This document shows, piece by piece, positions 37,458 to 47,494 of a stretch of DNA of 64,000 bases. The stretch is from Promethearchaeati archaeon SRVP18_Atabeyarchaeia-1 (lineage in GTDB: Archaea > Asgardarchaeota > Atabeyarchaeia > Atabeyarchaeales > Atabeyarchaeaceae): positions 2,208,001-2,272,000 of the forward strand of contig CP147779.1 in the NCBI GenBank assembly GCA_037308085.1, in the 5' to 3' direction. The first letter of the stretch is position 1; each line of letters opens with the position of its first letter. The notes beneath the pieces were generated by a model, which was not told the origin of the DNA, made no database searches, and worked only from the letters and a program-made list of their open reading frames with translations. The position numbers and the translations under genes are program-made.

Positions 37458-37988
37458 CTACGGTAGCCTCAGATATCGGCATTCCTCTCTCAACTCTCTG
37501 GAAACAATGCAAGCCCCACACCAGAGGCCTATGGTCTCGAAGAGCAAAGCCTTATCAGGGTTCTCCAAGTCTGCATTCGGTCTTTCCCCGTACCTCTTCC
37601 TAATCAACTTGCAGACATATGAGCCAACCTGCCTAGCAACATCCCGTGAGGAGAATAGCCCCCTTAGCCCCCGGCGATTCACCTTTACACAGAACGACTC
37701 GCCCTCCTCGATTTCTTCGGCGAGAACCGCGGCGTCCTTCTTGAACAGCTGAACGACTTCTCCTTCCAGCAGATGAAATGATCTTTCCACAGGGATGAAC
37801 CTCGATAGGCAACACGGAGATCTCTTGCCCAACTCCACCAGGAATCTCTCTAGATCGCTAATGTCTCCTCTGATTACATCCTTGAAATCTGTTTCCCAGA
37901 AGATGCCCAGGCCCGCGAGTTCTTGCATCAATTCCCTAGACTTGTCGCAAAGAGCAGTCAACACGACCTCCGTCTCAATCACCTCCAA
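37458..37988 (-). CDS. THUMP domain protein
   Basis: SFCVKVNRRG...VG...ADLENPDK..E.IG; exact start uncertain. Confidence 0.82.
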   Translation of the reverse strand: MEVIETEVVLTALCDKSRELMQELAGLGIFWETDFKDVIRGDISDLERFLVELGKRSPCCLSRFIPVERSFHLLEGEVVQLFKKDAAVLAEEIEEGESFCVKVNRRGLRGLFSSRDVARQVGSYVCKLIRKRYGERPNADLENPDKALLFETIGLWCGACIVSRELREECRYLRLP

Positions 37989-38348
37989 AGCTAGTTATTA
38001 GGGCCGTCAGGCCGGTTGTCGTACTTGGGCCCGCAAACACCCGCACAAATCAGAGTGGCATCAACAGGATTTTAGATTTTCTGGGATCTTCATGTAAATT
38101 TCCTATCAATTGATTCAAATCGTTAGACCAGATGCGCAACAGGCACCAAAATCAAGAGGTTATTTAGAAAAGGGTGAGCGTCATGCACTATGTCCCGCTA
38201 AGACGACTTTCCTATAGCCGTTTCCAGTCTCAGCGCCGCCAAATCGGGGCGAAAGTACCCGACATGGGTGGGAGGTTTCGCCCGGCAGACCAACGTAAGG
38301 AACATAAGCTGAAGTTCCCGCTTCGATTACGGGGAAGGGGCGTAAAGA

Positions 38349-39074
38349 ATGGCGCAATCAGGAGGAGGGCCTGCTCAGGCTCAACGATACCTTCTGCGAC
38401 GTTCTAGGCTAGGCGCCGCCATACTGGTGCTAGTAGCAGCGTCTGTCATGCTCCTGGTATCAGGGGTTGCCCTTGTGCAGTACCGAGCTATCGATGGCAA
38501 AATCCTTTACGATTCCCATGAATGGACTGATTTGCCGCCGAATCCGCTGCAATACGTGCCGCAGATGTTCACTCCTTACCACATAACCCGCTCTGGGGGA
38601 GAGGCGTTCAGCCTTAATCTCACAATTATCTACGATTGGTTGCCTCCGGGCATTGTCAACTTTATCCACGTAGATTACCACGGATGGGTAATAGAGATGC
38701 CACCGCCGGACAATAAGGTTGATCATGGGACGGCTGAATTCGTCTATCTCGGCTACACCTTTCATACTGGGGCAGTGAGCTACGCGGTGTATGACGCGAG
38801 TGGCAGTCCCATTGAAACGGGTTACCGCAACACAACGGTAACTGGGTCCTGTACTGGTTACCAGTGTTTTGAGGCGAGCGGAGCCGGAGTCAATCTTGTC
38901 ACAGCCAGAAACGTGGGTCAATCCCAAGCCAACGCAACCATTTACGTTGGACGCACGGAAGTCTATTGGAGCAAACCCTCCATTACAGCGGGCGCTACAC
39001 TTGCCGTCTCCGCACTCTTTGATCTGGAAATAGTCGCGGTGCTAGTGGCCTTTCTGAGCCGGAAGCCCGATTAA
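38349..39074 (+). CDS. Membrane-anchored protein with extracellular beta-rich (possibly GOLD-like) domain
   Basis: N- and C-terminal TM helices; VYDASG...F.A.GAG...N pattern. Confidence 0.6.
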   Translation: MAQSGGGPAQAQRYLLRRSRLGAAILVLVAASVMLLVSGVALVQYRAIDGKILYDSHEWTDLPPNPLQYVPQMFTPYHITRSGGEAFSLNLTIIYDWLPPGIVNFIHVDYHGWVIEMPPPDNKVDHGTAEFVYLGYTFHTGAVSYAVYDASGSPIETGYRNTTVTGSCTGYQCFEASGAGVNLVTARNVGQSQANATIYVGRTEVYWSKPSITAGATLAVSALFDLEIVAVLVAFLSRKPD

Positions 39075-39493
39075 GTATGTTTAAGAACACTAGCGTTCGG
39101 GGCACGATTATCTTTCTTCACACAATTTGAAAGAATTCATTTTTGCCGCTTCAATCACAATGGTTAGAAACCAGTTACTCAGATCATGCGTGCAGTAGGC
39201 GGATTTCGCCTCAGTCGGATCCTTTTTTGCGAACTTCGTATGATAGCTTTAGCGCCTCTTAGGGGACAGGACCGGAGCCTCGAAAGATTTTTAATCGTAC
39301 CAAGGTATATGATGGCAGTCACAGCGAATAACAGCTATTCACGGTCGTGGAGAGGGATTCCTGCGTGGCTGCCGGAGAAAACTGGAGGTAGTATAGAGTA
39401 TAGATCCCGATTGCAGCTTGGATAGGAATCCGATTCTCATGGCTTTGGGATGTGAAGGAAATGGGTCTGTTCAACAGCAAGAATGGTGACACC

Positions 39494-41101
39494 ATGTCAC
39501 TCGCCGAGGACGGCGGGAAATCCATTGTGCTCACCGCCTCTGAGGTCGAGATGAGCGACTTCAACCTGAACCTAGTGGCAGCGTTCGCGGGGAGTTTTCC
39601 GCTTGGATTTGTCCCTCGGCGCTTGATCAGGAGAGCACTCTATCCGGCAAACCCGTACAATGAGGATGGTACGGCGAAGCTGGCGCCATATGGACTGAGG
39701 AAAGTTGAAGCCATTCTGGTGAAGGAGTTTGGAAAAGAGAATGTGGCCACGGTCCACCCACGCAACTTGGCGAGGTTCGTGGGACCAAGGACCAAGGTAG
39801 TTGGCATATCGGCGATGGATTCACTTGGCCATGCCTTTGTCAGCCGAACCTACACAAGTATCCTGGGTCTGGGCGGGAAGCCGCTCAACAGGATAGAGTT
39901 CGAGAAGATACTATCCGATCCCGCTATAATGAAGTATAAGCCCAGAGTTATCTTAGGCGGAGCGGGTGCTTGGCAAGTGCCTGAGCTGCATATGCAGGAT
40001 GCCCTTGGTATAGACACGGTTGTGATAGGTCAAGCAGAAAGGACGGTCGCCAAGATCTTCAGGGAGGCAGTCAACGGGGAGAAACTACCTAAGGTAATCA
40101 CGTCTGACCCCTCGAGACTGGAAGACGTTCCAATCATAGAGAACCCTGCCTTGTACGGCGCATCAGAGATAACGCGTGGCTGTGGCAGGAATTGCGCCTT
40201 CTGCTCACCCACAATGCGGCGATTGGTTTCTTTCCCATTGGAGCATATTCTAAAAGAGGTCAGGTTGAACGCAAGGAGAGGTACGCGCGCAATCTTTCTT
40301 CAGACTGACGACGTGTTTCTCTACAGGAAAAAGGACAACTTCCATCCTAATAGAGAAGCCCTTGTCAAGCTGGTTGAGAGCGTGGCGAGAATAGAGGGCG
40401 TGGAGTTCATCCAGTTTCCCCATGCATCGTTCGCCCCGGTTTGCTGCGATCCGAGACTTATAGAGGAAATAGCGCCTACAATTGTCGAGAAATCATTGTG
40501 GCACTGGAATGGAAAGCACATGGCATCATTCGAAATGGGGTTCGAGACAGGCAGTGTTCGCTTGATGAGGAAGTACATGGCTGGGAAGATGTTGCCCTTT
40601 AAGCCGGAGCAATGGCATGACGTTGTCACCGAAGCGGTTGGTATTCTCGACGACAATGACATCTGTCCACTTGCGACACTTGTCATCGGACTGCCAGGAG
40701 AACAGGAAGAAGATACCAACGCTACTCTTGAGTTGATCGGCAAGCTAAAGAACAACAGGGTTATGTGGGCTCCGATATTCTTCACTTCAGAGGAAGAGTC
40801 GCTCCTCAGGAAACGGAAACACATGTCTCTTAGGAGCCTGACTGATCTGCAGTGGGAAGTCCTTTCGACGTGCTGGCGCAGTAACTTCGACACTTGGAAG
40901 AAACAGTTGAACCCAATAATCTCGCTGCTAAGCTTTCTCGCGTTTCCCTATTACAGGCTCAAGCATGGCAGAGGCGTCTTCCGGCCAATGATGAAGTTCG
41001 CGGGACTTGATCTCCTGATGCGCAGAGGGCAGGAATCCAGGCGCGCACCACGGTACGATGTGCCCTGCTATTCGCGCAAAGAGCTGACTGTAGAGGCATA
41101 G
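39494..41101 (+). CDS. Radical SAM protein (B12-binding-like N-terminus)
   Basis: APYGLRKVEA, EITRGCGRNCAFC; start uncertain (39452-39494). Confidence 0.88.
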   Translation: MSLAEDGGKSIVLTASEVEMSDFNLNLVAAFAGSFPLGFVPRRLIRRALYPANPYNEDGTAKLAPYGLRKVEAILVKEFGKENVATVHPRNLARFVGPRTKVVGISAMDSLGHAFVSRTYTSILGLGGKPLNRIEFEKILSDPAIMKYKPRVILGGAGAWQVPELHMQDALGIDTVVIGQAERTVAKIFREAVNGEKLPKVITSDPSRLEDVPIIENPALYGASEITRGCGRNCAFCSPTMRRLVSFPLEHILKEVRLNARRGTRAIFLQTDDVFLYRKKDNFHPNREALVKLVESVARIEGVEFIQFPHASFAPVCCDPRLIEEIAPTIVEKSLWHWNGKHMASFEMGFETGSVRLMRKYMAGKMLPFKPEQWHDVVTEAVGILDDNDICPLATLVIGLPGEQEEDTNATLELIGKLKNNRVMWAPIFFTSEEESLLRKRKHMSLRSLTDLQWEVLSTCWRSNFDTWKKQLNPIISLLSFLAFPYYRLKHGRGVFRPMMKFAGLDLLMRRGQESRRAPRYDVPCYSRKELTVEA

Positions 41102-41154
41102 TCTAGACACCCAAGGAAAGCTGTTGAGGGCTGATTCCACAGAAAGGGAACATA

Positions 41155-42531
41155 TCACCAAGCTTGCTCTTGCAGATCCGCTGGTAGACGTCTACTTCCC
41201 GGCGCGCCTAACGCTACTTCTCTTGCTCGTCCACGCGGAAGGAGAGCTACCCCCACTAGCAGACTGATGAAAAGTAAGACTCCTGAAAAGGCGAACATTG
41301 TACCCTGACCGTACAACTCGACAATGAACCCGGCGGCAATTGAACCGATCGAACTACCAAGAATCGTGAGAGTGTTGAAGAATCCAGAAGCGTTGCCTTT
41401 AACTTCTTTCGGAACGAGATCCAAGACTAGTGCTGAGAGGGGTGTCTGGGCAACAGCCACTCCAAGAAGCCCCAAGATGATGATGGGCGGGAGAAGGGAA
41501 GCCGACGCAAACGGAACAGCAAGAAACCACGGAACCGCCCAAGCAAGACCCGCGACGATAGGCCTTCTCCTTCCTTGGCGGTCAGACCATACGCCCGAAC
41601 CAAGCGCACCAACAAAGAAGATTATGATTCCTGGAATAAAGAAGACTAGCGCTTGATCTAGACTGAGACCGAGCTCTTCCTGCAGGAAAATAGGCGCGAA
41701 TGCGAAGAACGATCCCATTGTAAAACTCGTTGTCATTGCAATCATGCAGGTCTCGAAGAATCCCCTTGCCCTAAAGAACTTCGGCTTAGGAGGATCTTGG
41801 CTAATTGAGGCAACCGTCCAGCGATCCTCGGGTGATCGGCTAGGGAGGTTTAGAGATTCCATTGCGCCAGTTCTCGGAAAATTGATTTTGGCCGCGTTGG
41901 CGGCTCCGGTATCTGCAATCTTGGAGGGCAGAGTTTCTCTCAGGGACGCAACTAATACAAGCGCGGCCAAGAATCCCAAGGTTGAGGCAATGAAGAAGGG
42001 TAGTTGAAGACCGAATACTGCTGCTACTACTCCTCCTACGGGTATCCCAACTATTGTTCCTATCATATAGACTATTGAGAACCAGGCCATTGCAGTGCCC
42101 CTGTGTTCACTTGGGAAGATATCACCTAAACACGCTTGGATGACTGAGACCACCGCACCTGTGGCCTGTATGGCCCGAAATAGGATGAACTCATATATGT
42201 TCTGGGACAAGCCGACCAGCAACGCCCCAGAAGCGTAGATGAAACCCGAGACTATCAGGATACCACGTCTTCCAATTCTATCGGACAGCCTGCCGAGTGG
42301 GATCTGCGTCGAAGCTTGAACTAACCCAAAAACACCTATGGCTATCCCTATTAGTATGGGTGCATTTGCCAAGTTTCCCGCCATTTGAGGCGAGTCTAGG
42401 TAGTATGGCATGCTGAGCGAGTAGAAGTTCATTCCTAGATTCCGGACGAGTTCGCTTAGGAGAAGGCTGAAAACTGTCACCTTGAAGCGGCGATCACTCA
42501 GTAGGGCTTGCATTGACGGGACATCCAACAA
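41155..42531 (-). CDS. MFS transporter
   Basis: GRLSDRIGRR and WSDRQGRR motif A, about 12 TM. Confidence 0.92.
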   Translation of the reverse strand: MLDVPSMQALLSDRRFKVTVFSLLLSELVRNLGMNFYSLSMPYYLDSPQMAGNLANAPILIGIAIGVFGLVQASTQIPLGRLSDRIGRRGILIVSGFIYASGALLVGLSQNIYEFILFRAIQATGAVVSVIQACLGDIFPSEHRGTAMAWFSIVYMIGTIVGIPVGGVVAAVFGLQLPFFIASTLGFLAALVLVASLRETLPSKIADTGAANAAKINFPRTGAMESLNLPSRSPEDRWTVASISQDPPKPKFFRARGFFETCMIAMTTSFTMGSFFAFAPIFLQEELGLSLDQALVFFIPGIIIFFVGALGSGVWSDRQGRRRPIVAGLAWAVPWFLAVPFASASLLPPIIILGLLGVAVAQTPLSALVLDLVPKEVKGNASGFFNTLTILGSSIGSIAAGFIVELYGQGTMFAFSGVLLFISLLVGVALLPRGRAREVALGAPGSRRLPADLQEQAW

Positions 42532-42870
42532 GGTGCTTAACAGCTAAGTTTCATTATTCCCCCCCTAAAAGGATTAAGCTGTCACTCACTTTGTCAACAG
42601 GGAATCCTGAAAAGCCGCAACGTAGTGAACCCATCACCCACATCCCCCTCTATTTCGTCGGGGGCTCATTACCGTCCTCCACACCCAAAGCATTAATAAC
42701 AGCTATCATGATGCAGTGAGATCATCCAACATTACCAATGTAAAAAGGTCTCCTTCAGATACGTTTCAGCGAACTCTTCGGATCGGCGATTTTCATAAGG
42801 ATAGCCCATAATGTGGATAGATATATCTTCAAGTTGTTATTATAACGTAATTCAAAGAAGGTGACAAGAA

Positions 42871-43371
42871 ATGCCAGGCGAAGAAGAAGAAGATGAGAGA
42901 GAAAACAAGAAGAACAGATTTGCCAAATTGAGTGAGCTTGATAGGACTGGCGACAAGGCGAAATACCTCGAAACTGACAGCGAAGAAGTGATAATTGGTG
43001 GAGCGGGATCAACCGGGGCGGCGGGAGACATACCACGCGAAGCTCATGATCTTCCAGGGATAGGTAAACAGCGACAGAGGACCCCTCGTGAAACTGAGAA
43101 GCCATCGGAACACTCTGACAAGCCCGCACTTTACGCGAGCGTGGCCTTGGCGGCCGTAAGTCTGGCTCTCGCCGCGTATTCTATTCTGACATTCTACGCA
43201 ATTGGACCCTTTAGCTCGCCTCTGTACCCAATTTCCTCAAATGGCTTGCTCTTCCTGTTTGCAGTTGCGGTTATTCTTGCGGCGTTGTTTATCTACATAG
43301 CTATTTCGAAAGTCCGTGAGATGAGACTTCACAGATACCTAGAGGGGCGGAAACAGAGAAAGAGGGCTTAG
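42871..43371 (+). CDS. Hypothetical membrane protein (charged N-terminus, 2 TM)
   Basis: 166-aa ORF, TATA-like sequence upstream, T-tract downstream. Confidence 0.7.
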   Translation: MPGEEEEDERENKKNRFAKLSELDRTGDKAKYLETDSEEVIIGGAGSTGAAGDIPREAHDLPGIGKQRQRTPRETEKPSEHSDKPALYASVALAAVSLALAAYSILTFYAIGPFSSPLYPISSNGLLFLFAVAVILAALFIYIAISKVREMRLHRYLEGRKQRKRA

Positions 43372-43546
43372 GTCCACTCGGCTCGTTTCTTCCATTACAA
43401 CTCTTTTTTCTTGGGTGTGAGCGCTGCTCGCCACATTTCTGTCGGCTATCAAACATCAACCTTAAGAACGATGAGGATTAACCGTACAACCTCAGATGTT
43501 CAAGGTTGTGCACATTTATGAGCGAACCTGAAACCAGCCGTTTCTC

Positions 43547-44233
43547 CTAGTTCCTTAGGTTCAGCTCCTTAAACTTGGCCTCAGTTGCCTCTCTAGCTTC
43601 TCTGAACTGAGGAGCATTTAGCACGCCAATTGCGTCTGCAAAGATCTCTTCAAACTCGTTCTCTGCCACGCAGGACCTCGGTGGCTCCACGTTGGTGTAT
43701 CCCATATAATCCTCGTAGATCCTCAGTAAGGCACGAATGACTTTTGATGCCTCTTCTCTTGTGAACCTCATGTACATCTCCATGTGACTCTGCCGAACGT
43801 TCCTCACATGGAGAACCACTAGGAAGCGATTAATGCCAATATTAAAGACTTCGAAAAAGTCCAAGCAGAAAGAGTATGTTGGATCATAAGCATCTTCACC
43901 TGCAGAGAGGCTAAACATCAAGAACGGTACGCTCAAGTTGTCCACGAAGTCCTCGCTCTGGATAAGAATCTCGCTCATCCGTCCATATTCACCCATGAAC
44001 CTCTCCTCAAGCCGAAGATCCCGTCTGAAGTCTTCGAGAGCCTTTCTACGATCTTCAAGCGAGCATCTTTCAAGGTGTTCGAAGACGTTTATGAATTCCT
44101 CATCTGGCTCGGCATCGAAGAACTCTACCTTCCTGTCTATGAATAGCCTCGAGAACAGTAGCTGAAGCCTTGGATCTTCCACGGCACTCGCTTCCGCCTC
44201 AGTCATGAACTCCGAGGTAGCTTTTTCGGCCAT
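43547..44233 (-). CDS. Hypothetical acidic protein
   Basis: 228-aa ORF. Confidence 0.72.
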   Translation of the reverse strand: MAEKATSEFMTEAEASAVEDPRLQLLFSRLFIDRKVEFFDAEPDEEFINVFEHLERCSLEDRRKALEDFRRDLRLEERFMGEYGRMSEILIQSEDFVDNLSVPFLMFSLSAGEDAYDPTYSFCLDFFEVFNIGINRFLVVLHVRNVRQSHMEMYMRFTREEASKVIRALLRIYEDYMGYTNVEPPRSCVAENEFEEIFADAIGVLNAPQFREAREATEAKFKELNLRN

Positions 44234-44809
44234 TTTGCTCTGTCAACTCTCTTTCCGTTTCTCCTAAGGGAAATTGGAGAAAGTCAGCCAGACGATGCTG
44301 ACAACGCCGAGAGACGCCATCATTCATCGCACAGAGGATTGGAGGGGGTTCCTTCTCAGTCGGCCTGTTTCCCCAATGTGGTGGTCAACTTACGTTACCG
44401 TCTCTTCAACAGACGAGTTTCATCAGACTGATACCGCAATGGCTATTGCGATTATCCCAACATTAGACGCGCATTCTGACCTTTCACCCAATTATTCAAT
44501 TTCCAACATATATTAAAGTAACCCAATCTTTGCGGTTATCGCACGATTCCATTGCGATGAAGGATCCAAGTTGAGGGTAGTGCCGAGAACCATCTCTCGC
44601 TGTCGCGAAAAGGCCCGATACCATCCAACCACACCAAAACATGCTATATTAAGCCCCAGAAAAGCAAATTCGCGCCAAAGGAGCCACTGACACGCAAAGG
44701 TTCTTATTTGCAGAACCAGTCCGAAGGCTCTCATGAACCGTAAGTGAGATACGGTGGGATGTGCGACCGACAAGTATAACCCGGCGCGACCCAGCGAACT
44801 CGACTTTTT

Positions 44810-45709
44810 CTACGACTTCCTTAGAAAGTCCAGCAAATATGCATTTACTGGGTCAGGTGCTTCCTGTTGTACCCAGTGCCCACAGTTTTCGATGTACCTT
44901 ATCTCATACGGTCCTTCAACATACTTCTCCATTCCCAATGTCAATGACTTGTCGAGCGCCGCGTCGTCTTCGCCCCAAATGACGAGAGTCGGGCACCTCA
45001 CTCTCGGGGATCTTCTCGCTAGCGCTTCCTGTTGTTCTTTCGGCATCGACAGTATCTGTGCGGGGTTCATATTTGCTCGGTAGTAGTTTATTGACGCTGT
45101 AAGCGCTCCAGGTTTCGACCATGCCTCGACGTACTTTTGCACGTCCTCATCGGTGAATGCTTGCTTGTTGACCGCAGAGCCTACTACCATTCTTTTTAGG
45201 AATTGGTAGTTGTTGAGACTCAGAACCTTTTCAGGGGCCTCTGGGAGCTGGAAGAAGAAGATGTACCAGCTTTTCTGCAGTTGCCGAAATCTCATGGAGA
45301 GAAAAGCATCAACTAGCGCGAGTGGGTGAGGGCAGTTCAGGATAACGAGCTTCTTCACGTATTCCGGAGCCGTCATAGCAAGGTTCCACGCTACTGCGCC
45401 GCCCCAATCATGTCCCACCACGATCGCCTTGCCTTCTCCCATCCCTTCAATGAGGCTCTTAACATCCTGCGTTAGGGCTGATGTCGAGTAGCTAGCAACC
45501 CCTACTGGCTTGTCAGATTGATTGTATCCACGCATGTCTGGAGCTACGACTCTGAAATACTTCGATAACGCAGGGATCTGGTGTCGCCATGAATACCAGA
45601 ACTCTGGAAACCCATGAAGCAACAGTACTAGTTCGCCAGCACCGCTCATCACATAATGAATCTTTACAGCATTTGCAGTGGCGAATAAGTGATTCCATTC
45701 TTCTCTAAT
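44810..45709 (-). CDS. Alpha/beta hydrolase, epoxide hydrolase-like
   Basis: LHGFPE, DMRGY, GHDWGG, GHWVQQE; family-like sequence extends upstream to an ATT at 45709. Confidence 0.92.
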   Translation of the reverse strand: MREEWNHLFATANAVKIHYVMSGAGELVLLLHGFPEFWYSWRHQIPALSKYFRVVAPDMRGYNQSDKPVGVASYSTSALTQDVKSLIEGMGEGKAIVVGHDWGGAVAWNLAMTAPEYVKKLVILNCPHPLALVDAFLSMRFRQLQKSWYIFFFQLPEAPEKVLSLNNYQFLKRMVVGSAVNKQAFTDEDVQKYVEAWSKPGALTASINYYRANMNPAQILSMPKEQQEALARRSPRVRCPTLVIWGEDDAALDKSLTLGMEKYVEGPYEIRYIENCGHWVQQEAPDPVNAYLLDFLRKS

Positions 45710-46258
45710 AGCCTATCTCCTCCACAATTCAGATCCGTCGCAACTCCAACCATGTCTCGATACCTTCATCTCCTGCATTCATCCTAATCTGCCTTTTGAC
45801 CACGCATTCGGAGCAATTGGATTCTGCTTTCTGATAGTTGGGAGGAATTGGATAAAGAGATGTAATTGTTATGATAACTGATTAAGTAAATTCTGGCAGC
45901 CACGGACGGAGGCGTTCTCCCCGGGGAACCTGATCCAAATTCAAGGTTCCATTATCCTCCTTCGAAATTCCCTGATCCCGAATCCAATCTGGAGTATTCG
46001 TAATGATTCGCATCGCTCGTCCGATAAGCTGCTCCGACGTCAGCGTTTCGTGCGGTTCTTCTTGTGCCAAGTGTTCGAGTTTTTTAGAAATCGCTCCAAA
46101 GTTTCAGGTTTTTGTTACGAATCTCACAACGCCGAGAATAGGTATTTATGGAAAGGTAGAAGCTAGTCACTGAGTAGCTAGCCTTCAGATCAATTTCAGT
46201 TTTGCCTGCAATCATTATGAGGGCTTCGATCCTTCCCGGCCAGATATGAATCAGGTCA

Positions 46259-47383
46259 GTGGAAGTGGGGGTAGAGTCGGATATGCTCAAGGGTCTACGC
46301 GTGATCTGGCAGAGTGTCTCAAAATTCCATATCGTGCTGTTTGCACTTCTTTGTGTGACATCGCTTCTCTTGTTGACAGACTTGCCTTGGATCAGCAAAC
46401 CTTTGATTATTTCTGCACTCGTTGGCGGAACAATCTATTTCCTGGGGCTTGCCTTCCTAGCGCTGGTACCGCCACTATGGAGAGCTCTGGCATACATACT
46501 GCGGTTTTCCGGCGTGAAGCTCGCACTTTTTGCCGCCACATTTCTCTTCACATACCTATTCCTATATCCCTCCTTCATCTTGATAGAGGTCATCGTGGCG
46601 ATTGGTTCTCTTGCCTGGCTAGTCAATCTCTCCATCATGGCATGTGTCCTGCCCTACTCTATGTCGACAAGGCTCTCGCATCACAGTCCGCGACCCTTAG
46701 GCTGGTTCTTCTTCATATGCATGGGGCTAGTGAACGCAGTGGTCTACTTGGGGATTTCACGGATTCCAATTCTCCAACCCTTTCTCTATGCCTATGTGCT
46801 GGGTTGGCTTACTCCTTGTGTCTTGATATCCCTCGCAAAGTATCGCGATCGACGGGTTTTTGCGGGCTATATGCTTGTCGCGTTATTTTACTCGCTCTAC
46901 CCAGTCGCATACCGTTTGTACTCATTATCAAGCCAAGTCTTTGTGTTACAGGGCGGGTCAGTTTCCCTCCCCTCGAGCCTTCCGATCGAAGAAGCCCTGA
47001 CGGTTTTGATGTTCTGCTGGGCACTAAACACCGTGGGGCGCTTGGCCAATAGTGAATACAAGCTATTCAAAGAGGGAAAAGAGAAGCTTGAGAACAAGCT
47101 GACAAGCCCGCTGCGGATACTGAGAAGAGAGAAAGGAAAAGACGAACAGCAGGAGGCTTACGCTGTCGCAGCAACTCTGTTTGAGGAGTTCAAAAAAGAG
47201 GAGCTTGCGGTCAATCCAGTATTCGTCTTTGGGCTACTATTCTCCGCACTTGCGTACTTCGTCTTCAAGCATGGATATACAATGGTCAATGTGCCCGGCT
47301 ATATTGAGCCGGGAGTAGCATTAGTGCTAAGCCTTGCGGCTACCGTTCCCCTACTCTTCTACATGATGATAAAAAAGAGGTGA
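46259..47383 (+). CDS. Hypothetical multi-pass membrane protein
   Basis: 374 aa, about 10 hydrophobic segments. Confidence 0.75.
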   Translation: MEVGVESDMLKGLRVIWQSVSKFHIVLFALLCVTSLLLLTDLPWISKPLIISALVGGTIYFLGLAFLALVPPLWRALAYILRFSGVKLALFAATFLFTYLFLYPSFILIEVIVAIGSLAWLVNLSIMACVLPYSMSTRLSHHSPRPLGWFFFICMGLVNAVVYLGISRIPILQPFLYAYVLGWLTPCVLISLAKYRDRRVFAGYMLVALFYSLYPVAYRLYSLSSQVFVLQGGSVSLPSSLPIEEALTVLMFCWALNTVGRLANSEYKLFKEGKEKLENKLTSPLRILRREKGKDEQQEAYAVAATLFEEFKKEELAVNPVFVFGLLFSALAYFVFKHGYTMVNVPGYIEPGVALVLSLAATVPLLFYMMIKKR

Positions 47384-47494
47384 GCTTCAAACCCTTGATC
47401 TTTGGACGGAACTGGTACGAAGGGTCATGAGGCCACAAAGCAGCAATAATCCCCCGCTATTCATGGGTCGGTGTGTCAATCTTCCCTCTTTGGA

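Noticed and set aside
45882-46070. 62-aa ORF as a REP-associated tyrosine transposase fragment
   Set aside because: Only vague similarity (IITNTPDW); no HUH motif or catalytic Tyr.
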